Shown here piece after piece: positions 1 through 7,197 of a stretch of 10,097 bases of DNA; the first letter of the stretch is position 1; the number at the start of each line of letters is the position of its first letter. A model generated the notes under the pieces. The model worked only from the letters and a program-made list of their open reading frames with translations. It did not search any database and was not told the DNA's origin. Location: contig JAWOBU010000156.1 in assembly GCA_046484135.1 (NCBI GenBank), forward strand, positions 1 through 10,097, written 5' to 3'. Position numbers and translations under genes: made by a program. The DNA comes from a bacterium. GTDB taxonomy: Bacteria > RBG-13-61-14 > DATKZS01.

Positions 1-1
1 G

Positions 2-397
2 ATCTCCTATATCAGCGAGCGTGATTATCACAGCGATCACCAGGTCTGGCTCATGAGCGCGAACGGCAAGAACAAGATGAGGCTTACCTTCAACAATCAG
101 GATGCCAGAGGCAGCAGCAAGACCATGCCCAAGGTTTCTCCCAACGGAAAGTACGTGTTGTTCTCGGATGACGGGACTTATCCCGAGATGCTCACCCTGA
201 TCGAACTCCCGGACAAGGAAAACGCCCGCACCCTGGTTAACTTAAGCCGTCACCCCGCCAGCGTTTACAACGCGGATGACGAAGGTGTAACCTGCGGCGC
301 GGTGAGCGGAGTAGGCGGTCTTTGGTATCTTCTTCTCCTTATGGCCCCCTTCGCGGCCGGCCTGGGGCTTAGAAGTTTTTATCTCAGGAAAAACTAA
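2..397 (+). CDS. 5'-truncated TolB/PD40 (WD40-like beta-propeller) repeat protein with C-terminal membrane anchor/sorting signal
   Basis: The frame is open from position 2 (ISYISERDYHSDHQVWLMSANGKNKMRLT...), so ATG 53 is an internal Met. 'QVWLMSANGKNKMRLT' and 'PKVSPNGKYVLFS' are typical TolB/PD40 repeat segments. The protein ends with Cys, a Gly-rich spacer, a hydrophobic helix and a basic tail, and a terminator follows. Confidence 0.8.
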   Translation: MSYISERDYHSDHQVWLMSANGKNKMRLTFNNQDARGSSKTMPKVSPNGKYVLFSDDGTYPEMLTLIELPDKENARTLVNLSRHPASVYNADDEGVTCGAVSGVGGLWYLLLLMAPFAAGLGLRSFYLRKN

Positions 398-421
398 GGG
401 GAACCGGTAAATAATTCAGCG

Positions 422-459
422 AGAAGGGGGCCGCGGAAAATTTCGCGGCCCTCTTTCTT
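422..459 (+). terminator. Rho-independent terminator
   Basis: GGGCCGCG (428-435) pairs perfectly with CGCGGCCC (444-451), extendable by AAGG/TCTT with one G-U pair. It is followed by a T-rich tract (TCTTTCTT) and lies about 25 nt after the stop at 397. Confidence 0.75.
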
Positions 460-502
460 GCCTTACATGAATAACTTTTAGCTTCTGAAAGACATCCATA
501 TT

Positions 503-1672
503 ATGAGTAACGGGTACGCTTCTTTTTCAAACTGGAGCTTCCACACCTGGCTGGGGGTGGTTTACTCCGTTCTGCTGGTCGTGCTTATTGCCGTTCCCTT
601 TTTGCGGAAGCGGTTGGGAGGACTCGATTTAATCATTTCCCGGGCCCGGCAGTGGGCGGGCTCGCTTCTCAGCGACGACTTCAAGAAGGTGTTGATGGCG
701 GTGCTGGCGGTTGCCGCCGCGGCCGCATATATTTATTGCCTGACCTGTCCGGAACGTTCGTCCTTGAGCGGAGAGCACAAGAACATCTTCCACGTTCTTA
801 CCAGGCTTTCCATACGGGTCTTTCCATTTTTCGTTATCGGCTGTTTTCTGGCGGGCGTGATTGAGAAGTACTTCCGGGCCGGCCGTATACCTTTTCCCAA
901 GAGCATGCTCGGCAACGGGGTGTTTGCGAGCCTTATTCCCATGTGCTCCTGCGCCGCGGTGCCGCTCGCCCAGGGCATGATGCATCTTCACCGGGTACGG
1001 GTCCGGGCGGTCATTACCTTTCTCATGGTGGCCCCGGTCTTGAACCCCATGGTGATTCCGCTTTCCTACGGCATCCTGGGCCTCGAGTATCTTGTATTGC
1101 GGATCGTGGCGGCCTTTGCTCTCGGCATCATCACCGGCATGGTGGTGGAAAAATGGGTAGGGATTCCGGAAACGGAAGGCGGCCCTGCTTTTACATGTGT
1201 GGGGTGCTCGCGCTCGTCCGCTTATAAGCCGGATCATTCCGGGTCATCCCTTATGCTGGGCTGGAACACGCTGGTGAACCTTGCTTACTACATCTTCATC
1301 GGCGTCGCCATCGGCGCCATGTTCTCCGTCTACCTGCCGCCGCCCCTGGTAGGAAAGTATTTGTCCAACGGCTCGGTGGGGCTTTTGCTTTCTGTCTTGA
1401 TCGGCATCCCTATCTTTATTTGCGCGGGGGAGGAGACCATCATCCTGGCGCCGCTCATGGACATGGGCCTGCCTATGGGACACGCCATCGCCTTTACCAT
1501 CTCCGGCAACGCCATCTGCATAACCTCGGTGGCCATGCTACTGCCGGTGTTCGGCAAAAAGACCACGACCATCATGGTAGGAGCGCTGTTTGCAGGCTCT
1601 TTACTCTTCGGCTTCTTGATAAATGCTTCGGTGAAGTTCTGGCCCGCCCTTGCCGGCATCCCCGGCCCGTAA
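503..1672 (+). CDS. DUF318/ArsP_1 (UPF0718) family permease
   Basis: 389-aa polytopic membrane protein with the two-repeat family motifs 'LIPMCSCAAVPL...VITFLMVAPVLNP' and 'IPIFICAGEETIILAPL...GHAIAFTISG'. There is no clear SD before ATG 503, so the start is uncertain. Confidence 0.85.
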   Translation: MSNGYASFSNWSFHTWLGVVYSVLLVVLIAVPFLRKRLGGLDLIISRARQWAGSLLSDDFKKVLMAVLAVAAAAAYIYCLTCPERSSLSGEHKNIFHVLTRLSIRVFPFFVIGCFLAGVIEKYFRAGRIPFPKSMLGNGVFASLIPMCSCAAVPLAQGMMHLHRVRVRAVITFLMVAPVLNPMVIPLSYGILGLEYLVLRIVAAFALGIITGMVVEKWVGIPETEGGPAFTCVGCSRSSAYKPDHSGSSLMLGWNTLVNLAYYIFIGVAIGAMFSVYLPPPLVGKYLSNGSVGLLLSVLIGIPIFICAGEETIILAPLMDMGLPMGHAIAFTISGNAICITSVAMLLPVFGKKTTTIMVGALFAGSLLFGFLINASVKFWPALAGIPGP

Positions 1673-1765
1673 AAAGCTACTGTTTAGAAGTATAAAGGCT
1701 TTGCCCTCTTTCCCGGCTGACACGGACGCCTGTATGCGAGCTGTGACCGGCCAGGCTTTTACTTC

Positions 1766-3097
1766 TTATTCCTGCGGCGGGTGCTTGGGCATGGGCACAC
1801 CATACTCACCGCCCAGCTTGGTTATCACTTTCTCAATCTCAACGATACCGGCATCCACCAGCTCTGACTTCAGCTTCTCTACCTCATTGGAAAGCCGGCG
1901 GGATTTTCTTGCCAGCTCTTTATCGTCAATTTTTCCGGCTATTCTTCTCTTGATCAGGGAGTTGGCTTTCCGGGAGATTTCATCAAAACGGGAGGCATAG
2001 CTCTTAACGTCAATGGCTTCATACTTGGACTTGATTTTCTGGTAACGTTCGAGGCTGTCTTTGTCAAAAGTGTCCTTCTTCTTATCCAGCTTCTCGAACA
2101 TGGTCCCGAAGTAGAGGAGCTTGGAGCCCAGCTTGCCGCTTACCCCCACCAGGTCATGAACACCCATGAGCTCGTACTTTTTGTAGAGCTCCTTCATTTT
2201 GTCCTTGAGCTTACCTACATGCTCTTTTATAGTGGCCCGATATTTGGCTTCTTCTTCTATGTCTTTGCTGTAGTAGACATAGCTTTTCCAGTTTTTCATG
2301 GCCTTCTGATAGGAGAGCGGGTTCTCTCTTTCAATGGCCCGGTCGTGATAAGTAGCAATGTTATATAAAGCTAAGGCCTTTTTCTTCTTGGCAGAGGGTC
2401 CCGCCTCTTTCTTCTCGTAAGGTTCGGGTATGGACTTGGCTGTCTTTTTCCATTCCTGCAAGGACTTCTCTTTGAATCCCCGGTTAGGATACCCCCACTT
2501 TTCGAGCTCGGCGGCCACTCGCTCTTTCTCTTTTGCTTTTTCTTTCTTGCCTTCCGCCCGGTAGAGCCGGGCAAGCTTGGTATACACGTTTTTGCTGACC
2601 GGGTTTATAACCACACTCTTCAGCAAAGCCTTTTTAGCCTGCTCTTTATTCCCGAGCTCCAGGTGGCACTCTCCTGTCAGCTCATAGAGATCCGCAGTAT
2701 ATTTGGGATCGGCGCTTATTACCTTGTCGAAAGAATTTAAGGCCTGCTGGTACTTGCCCTCCTCCATCAGCGCTTTCCCGAGGAGGTAATGGGCGTGAAT
2801 TTTGTCGGGGTCCAGCTTGAGTATCCGCTGGTAGGTGGCGGCGGCAGAAGCATGTCTGCCCGCCCGTTCATGTTTAGCCCCCATCTGAAAAAGCAGCTCG
2901 ATAAGGTTTTGGCGGGCCTGCTCGTTGTCTGGCTCTTGCTTGAGTTTATCTTCCTGCTTTTTGATGGAGCTTTTAAGGTCGAATCCTGTAGAGGCGGAAG
3001 GTTTGGTGTCCTTCTCTCCCTTGCAGGCGGGAAAGAAACAGAAAAAGACGCTTATTAAAGCGACCATAAAAATAACTGAGCTTAAATTTCTTTGCAT
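1766..3097 (-). CDS. Tetratricopeptide repeat lipoprotein, function unknown
   Basis: SD GAGGAG (3105-3110, minus strand) lies 7 nt upstream of ATG. The N-terminal hydrophobic stretch ends in lipobox-like FPA-C. About four TPRs follow (e.g. AHYLLGKALMEEGKYQQALNSFDKVISADP), then a Lys/Glu-rich, probably helical C-terminal half. Confidence 0.85.
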   Translation of the reverse strand: MQRNLSSVIFMVALISVFFCFFPACKGEKDTKPSASTGFDLKSSIKKQEDKLKQEPDNEQARQNLIELLFQMGAKHERAGRHASAAATYQRILKLDPDKIHAHYLLGKALMEEGKYQQALNSFDKVISADPKYTADLYELTGECHLELGNKEQAKKALLKSVVINPVSKNVYTKLARLYRAEGKKEKAKEKERVAAELEKWGYPNRGFKEKSLQEWKKTAKSIPEPYEKKEAGPSAKKKKALALYNIATYHDRAIERENPLSYQKAMKNWKSYVYYSKDIEEEAKYRATIKEHVGKLKDKMKELYKKYELMGVHDLVGVSGKLGSKLLYFGTMFEKLDKKKDTFDKDSLERYQKIKSKYEAIDVKSYASRFDEISRKANSLIKRRIAGKIDDKELARKSRRLSNEVEKLKSELVDAGIVEIEKVITKLGGEYGVPMPKHPPQE

Positions 3098-3147
3098 GAG
3101 TTTTCTCCTCTTTTATATGCCCCGCATTCCCTCTCGGGGTCACATTA

Positions 3148-3176
3148 ATACTAGCCTGCCGGCAAGATATGTGCAA
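3148..3176 (-). promoter_or_regulatory. Candidate sigma70-type promoter for the TPR lipoprotein gene
   Basis: Minus strand reads TTGCAC-N17-TAGTAT, which would give a leader of about 45 nt containing a small CCCCG/CGGGG hairpin (3120-3139) and the SD. Confidence 0.35.
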
Positions 3177-3271
3177 GTATTGATCGGCGAAAAAAGCCTT
3201 TTTCTCGCGCCTTTCCCTCCTTGCGCAAGAGATCCCGTTTAATAATACGCTCGCCGGCCGGATTTATTTGA

Positions 3272-3296
3272 AAGATGCCGGAAATTTCCGCGTTTT
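3272..3296 (-). terminator. Possible weak terminator/hairpin immediately after the terC stop
   Basis: Perfect 12-bp palindrome CGGAAATTTCCG (3279-3290) directly after the TAA at 3297. The following U-tract on the minus strand is short (CTTTC). Confidence 0.3.
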
Positions 3297-4226
3297 TTAT
3301 GTCAACGCGGGACGAGATTTAAAAAGGGAGACCATCGCGGCGGTTACAAAGACCCCTGCTATCACAAGAAGAGCGTAGCCCACCGGTATGGTGTAGAGGT
3401 GGGAGAGAAGCATCTTTCCGCCCGTGAAAACGAGGATGGCGGCTATGCCGTATCGGAGGTAGTAGAACCTCTCCATGACTTCGCTCAGCACGAAGTAAAG
3501 CGAGCGCAGGCCGAACACGGCGAGCACGTTGGACGAGTACACGATAAAGGGGTCGGTGGTGATGGACAGGGCCGCGGGGATCGAGTCCATGGCGAAGACG
3601 ATGTCCGAGATTTCCACGATGATCAAGACCACCAACAGAGGGGTAAAAACGATCCTTCCCTTCTCCCGGAAGACGAACCTGTCTTCCGCGAACCGGGCGG
3701 AGATGCGCTCTGTCTTGTGGAAGAGCCGGTAGGCCAAGTTATGGGCGGGTTTCAATATGTTCTCTTTTTTAAGGAAAGCCGTTCTTAATCCGCCCGCGAC
3801 CAGCACGCTGCCGAACACGTAGATCATCCAGGTGAAGTGGTGGAGCAAGGAGATGCCCGCCATGATGACCAAGGCCCGCAGTACAATGGCCCCCAGCATA
3901 CCCATGAAAAGGACCTTGCGCTGAAAAGCCCGGGGGACCCCGAAGTAGGAAAAAAGAAAGAAGAAGATAAAAAGGTTGTCAACGGAAAGCGACTTCTCCA
4001 GGAAGTAGCCGGTAAAGAACATGAGCGCCTTCTGCGGCCCCATGAACAGGTAGACGCCGCCGTTCACGGCCATGGCCAGGGATATCCAGAACACGGTCCT
4101 TATGATGCCTTCCATAAGCCCGACCTTGCCGGGCCTCTTATAAAGGACCGCCATATCAAAGGCCAGGACCAAAAGAAGGATGGAGTTAAAGATGATCCAG
4201 AGCTGGAGTTTCTCTACGCCTCCCAT
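3297..4226 (-). CDS. terC: TerC/Alx family integral membrane protein (putative Mn2+/metal efflux or metalation factor)
   Basis: Hallmark motifs 'FFTGYFLEKSLSVDNLFIF' and 'EISDIVFAMDSIPAALSITTDPFIVYSSNVLAVFGLRSLYF'. The start is placed at ATG 4226 because SD GAGGTG sits 8 nt upstream; the ORF-track start at 4250 lacks an SD. Confidence 0.93.
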   Translation of the reverse strand: MGGVEKLQLWIIFNSILLLVLAFDMAVLYKRPGKVGLMEGIIRTVFWISLAMAVNGGVYLFMGPQKALMFFTGYFLEKSLSVDNLFIFFFLFSYFGVPRAFQRKVLFMGMLGAIVLRALVIMAGISLLHHFTWMIYVFGSVLVAGGLRTAFLKKENILKPAHNLAYRLFHKTERISARFAEDRFVFREKGRIVFTPLLVVLIIVEISDIVFAMDSIPAALSITTDPFIVYSSNVLAVFGLRSLYFVLSEVMERFYYLRYGIAAILVFTGGKMLLSHLYTIPVGYALLVIAGVFVTAAMVSLFKSRPALT

Positions 4227-4309
4227 AAAACCGACACCTCGGGCTTCCATCGAGCATACCGGCGGTTCTTCTTTCGGGCAAATCCTGGGTCAGGCGGAGG
4301 GTTTTGCCG

Positions 4310-5164
4310 TCAGATGCGGCCCGCCTGCTGGAACTTCTTGGCGGTGTCGAGGTCTTCGGACTTCTTGAACAGGATGCCGAGGTAGGGCAGCTCGTTTCCG
4401 CGTTCGAGCTGTTTGGGCTTGAAGTCGGGATCGGCTTGCAAAGCCCGGACCCAGTTGATGAGCTCGCGGGTGGCCGGCTTCTTCTCGATGTTGGGAAGCC
4501 GCCGGAGGCGGTAGAACGCGGATATGCAGGCCTCGGCGAGCCGGTCGTTTACGTCGGGGAAGTGGGCGTTGACTATCTCTCGCATGAAGTCCGGCTCGGG
4601 GAAGGCGATGTGGTGGAAGTTGCATCTTCCCAGGAAGGGGTCGGACAGGTCCTTTTTGGCGTTCGAGGTTATAATGACCGCGGGCCGGTGCTTGGCCCTT
4701 ATGGTCTTGTCTGTCTCGATGATGTCGAACTCCATCTGGTCCAGCACGTCCAGGAGGTCGTCCTGGAAGTCGGAGTCCGCCTTGTCTATCTCGTCAATAA
4801 GAAGCACGACCCGCTCGTCCGAGGTAAAGGCCTGGCCGATCTTTCCCATCCGGATGTACTCCTCGATGTTGGACACGTCCCTGCCCGAGTCGGAAAACCG
4901 GCTGTCGTTCAGCCGGGTCAGGGTGTCGTACTGGTAAAGGGCTTCAATCGCCTTCATGTTCGATTTCACGTTCAACACGATAAGAGGCATGGAAAGGGAC
5001 CTGGCCAGCGCGTGGGCAAGAAGGGTCTTGCCGGTGCCCGGCTCGCCTTTTAAAAGAAGCGGCATCTCCAGCGCCATGCTTACGTTGACTATCTTTGCAA
5101 GCTCCGTATCGGCGACATAATCGTCTGTGCCCCTGAACTCCGGGGTATGTTGCTCCTTTGACAT
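4310..5164 (-). CDS. moxR: MoxR-family AAA+ ATPase (AAA_5 type; resembles the short PA2707/CoxD-like group)
   Basis: Walker A GEPGTGKT, Walker B VLLIDEIDKAD, sensor I 'IITSN', Arg-finger region 'PFLGRC', sensor II 'KKPATRELINW'. SD GGAGG at 5172-5176. Confidence 0.92.
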   Translation of the reverse strand: MSKEQHTPEFRGTDDYVADTELAKIVNVSMALEMPLLLKGEPGTGKTLLAHALARSLSMPLIVLNVKSNMKAIEALYQYDTLTRLNDSRFSDSGRDVSNIEEYIRMGKIGQAFTSDERVVLLIDEIDKADSDFQDDLLDVLDQMEFDIIETDKTIRAKHRPAVIITSNAKKDLSDPFLGRCNFHHIAFPEPDFMREIVNAHFPDVNDRLAEACISAFYRLRRLPNIEKKPATRELINWVRALQADPDFKPKQLERGNELPYLGILFKKSEDLDTAKKFQQAGRI

Positions 5165-5203
5165 GAGTGAACCTCCATAAGCCCTGTAAAACGTATAGAA
5201 CCT

Positions 5204-5232
5204 AAGATAAATGATATGAAGCCGCGATTCAA
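5204..5232 (-). promoter_or_regulatory. Candidate sigma70-type promoter for moxR(-terC)
   Basis: Minus strand reads TTGAAT (5227-5232)-N17-TATCTT (5204-5209), appropriately placed upstream of the SD. Confidence 0.45.
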
Positions 5233-5258
5233 ACCGCGTCCATCATTTTGCCGCCTTT

Positions 5259-5287
5259 TTGATATGAACGGCCCGATTGGCTACAAT
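5259..5287 (+). promoter_or_regulatory. Near-consensus sigma70 promoter for the GT-C gene pair
   Basis: TTGATA (5259-5264)-N17-TACAAT (5282-5287): a 5/6 match in both boxes with ideal spacing. Confidence 0.65.
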
Positions 5288-5298
5288 TTTTGCGGAGC

Positions 5299-7197
5299 AT
5301 GAAAGAAAACTCGACAAGAGGCGCTTCCATAGCTTTGTTCGCGATTCTGGCTCTTTGCTTCCTTATGAGGGTGGGCCTTACCATCGAGCATTCCAACTCG
5401 CCGCTTTTCGAGCATCTGCGCATAGACGAGGTCTCCTATCACGACTGGTCCACCGAGGTCATGGAAGGCCGTTACTTTCTGGACGTGGTTCCCAACCACG
5501 GCCCGGGCTACCCGTGGGTGGTGGGGACCCTGTACCGCTTGTTCGGACAAAGCATGTGGACCCACCGCATCCTGAACATCCTTTGCGGCACCGCGTGTGT
5601 GCTTTTCGTCTTTCTGATCGGACTCGAGATTACAAGCCGTAAAGCCGCTCTTTTGGGCGCTTTAGTTTTCGGCTTGTACTGGCCGCTTCATATCTTCGAA
5701 CAGCGGTTTCTGGCCGCGTCCATGTTCGTGCTCCTTGGTTCGGCCGGGCTGTATACTCTCATGCTGGCGGCCCGTAAGGAGAGTTGGCACCTTTTTGCAA
5801 TCGCGGGCGCGGTGCTGGGCTATGCCGCGCTGGTCCGGCCCACCGCGGTCTTCCTGGTCGGTCTTTTTCTTGCCTGGCTTCTTTTGCGGGCGGCGTGGCG
5901 GAAAAGACCGTCGCTTCTTCTTAAGGCCGCACTACTCGCGGGTTTAGCTGCCGTGTTTATCGTGCCGGTCTCGGCCAAGCACCAGTACATCTCGGGCGAG
6001 GGGTTTCTAGTTCATATCAACGCGGGCTTGAATCTCTATATCGGCAACAACCCGGAAGCGGACGGGACCCCCTACGCCCGGCTTACGGGCGCCTGGGAGG
6101 AAATCGAGTCCCTGCCGGTAAAACAAGCGGACATATATGACGCATCTTCCCAGGACCGGTTCTACGCCGGCAAGGTCCTTTCTTATATCAAGGAAAAGCC
6201 GCTCGACTTTTTGTCTCTCCAGCTTAGAAAAGCGGGCCTGTTCTTAAACCGGGAAGAGGTCCGGGCCACCATTGACCCGGAGTTCCACCGGTCCCTGTTT
6301 TACCTGGCCTGGCTGCCGCTTCCCGGCTTTCTGGTGATACTGGCTCTGGCCTTGCCCGGAGTTTGCGCTCTCGAGCCGCGAAAGCCGGGCCACCAGGCGC
6401 TCCTCGTCTATCTCGGGGGCCTTTTCGCCTTTACTGTGGCAACAGTGATGGCAAGCCGCTACCGGCTTCCCGCAGTGCCGGCGCTGGCGGCGCTCTCGGC
6501 CGCGGGCGCTTTGCTTTTGGCAGAGCGGCTCTACCGGCTGGCAAAGTTTCGCGGCAAGCTGGAGCGAAAAGAAAAGAAGCGGCTCTTGCTCCTTTCAATC
6601 CTCTGCCTTTCGGGCGCGGGAGTGGCCTTGCTGCCGGTTGCGCCGGAGCCCGGCCCCTCCGAGGAGCTCACCTACCTGGGCGACGCCTGGCGCGAGTCAG
6701 GGGATGCGGAGACGGCCTTCGAGTTCTACCGCAAGGCCCTGCAAGCAGAGCCCGGCTACAGCCCGGCTTATATCCGGATCGGCGACATATACGCTGACGC
6801 CGACCGGCTCAAGGACGCGGCCCGCTGGTATAAAAAGGCAGTGGAAACGAAGTCGCGAAACTCGCTCGCCCATTTCCGGTTGGGGTTTGTTTACTGGAGA
6901 ACCGGCAGACCTGAGAAGTCGGTGTCCGAGTTCAACCGCACCGTCGAGCTCCGGCCGCAGTGGATTCCGGGGCTGTGGCAGCTTGCGCTCCGCGAGTGGA
7001 GGACGGGAATGGAGGACCGGGCCAAGAAACACCTCCGCACTATCCTGAAGCTCCGGCCCGCTCACATGGACGCTCGCCGCCTCCTGGACATGGTGGAAAG
7101 GGGAGTGAAGCCGCCCGGGCCGCCCCGCTATGACGAAGACACGGGACGGGTGGTTTCTCCCCTCGAACGCGGCTGGCGGCCGGAGGGAAAGCAGTGA
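5299..7197 (+). CDS. GT-C fold glycosyltransferase (ArnT/PMT_2, GT39/GT83-like) with C-terminal TPR domain
   Basis: N-terminal TM helix, then acidic pair 'IDEVSY', 'GPGYPW', 'LVRPT', periplasmic loop 'GLNLYIGNNPEADG', 'RYRLPAVP', many TM helices and about four TPRs at the C-terminus. ATG 5299 is preferred over TTG 5290, which lies only 2 nt after the -10 box. Confidence 0.88.
   Translation: MKENSTRGASIALFAILALCFLMRVGLTIEHSNSPLFEHLRIDEVSYHDWSTEVMEGRYFLDVVPNHGPGYPWVVGTLYRLFGQSMWTHRILNILCGTACVLFVFLIGLEITSRKAALLGALVFGLYWPLHIFEQRFLAASMFVLLGSAGLYTLMLAARKESWHLFAIAGAVLGYAALVRPTAVFLVGLFLAWLLLRAAWRKRPSLLLKAALLAGLAAVFIVPVSAKHQYISGEGFLVHINAGLNLYIGNNPEADGTPYARLTGAWEEIESLPVKQADIYDASSQDRFYAGKVLSYIKEKPLDFLSLQLRKAGLFLNREEVRATIDPEFHRSLFYLAWLPLPGFLVILALALPGVCALEPRKPGHQALLVYLGGLFAFTVATVMASRYRLPAVPALAALSAAGALLLAERLYRLAKFRGKLERKEKKRLLLLSILCLSGAGVALLPVAPEPGPSEELTYLGDAWRESGDAETAFEFYRKALQAEPGYSPAYIRIGDIYADADRLKDAARWYKKAVETKSRNSLAHFRLGFVYWRTGRPEKSVSEFNRTVELRPQWIPGLWQLALREWRTGMEDRAKKHLRTILKLRPAHMDARRLLDMVERGVKPPGPPRYDEDTGRVVSPLERGWRPEGKQ

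Noticed and set aside
1766..3097. Apparent lower GC suggesting horizontal transfer
   Set aside because: It is largely explained by Lys/Glu-rich composition, and there are no mobility genes or flanking att-like repeats.
3220..3229. 10-bp palindrome CTTGCGCAAG
   Set aside because: It is short and isolated, with no second copy or positional support.
4622..4636. Possible inactivation of MoxR (FLGRC instead of the common FLRRC)
   Set aside because: The Arg immediately before Cys, the likely arginine finger, is retained, and Walker A/B and the sensor motifs are intact.
4304..5053. 249-aa + strand ORF
   Set aside because: It is an antisense shadow of the clearly conserved moxR gene, with no motifs of its own; such ORFs are common in GC-rich coding DNA.
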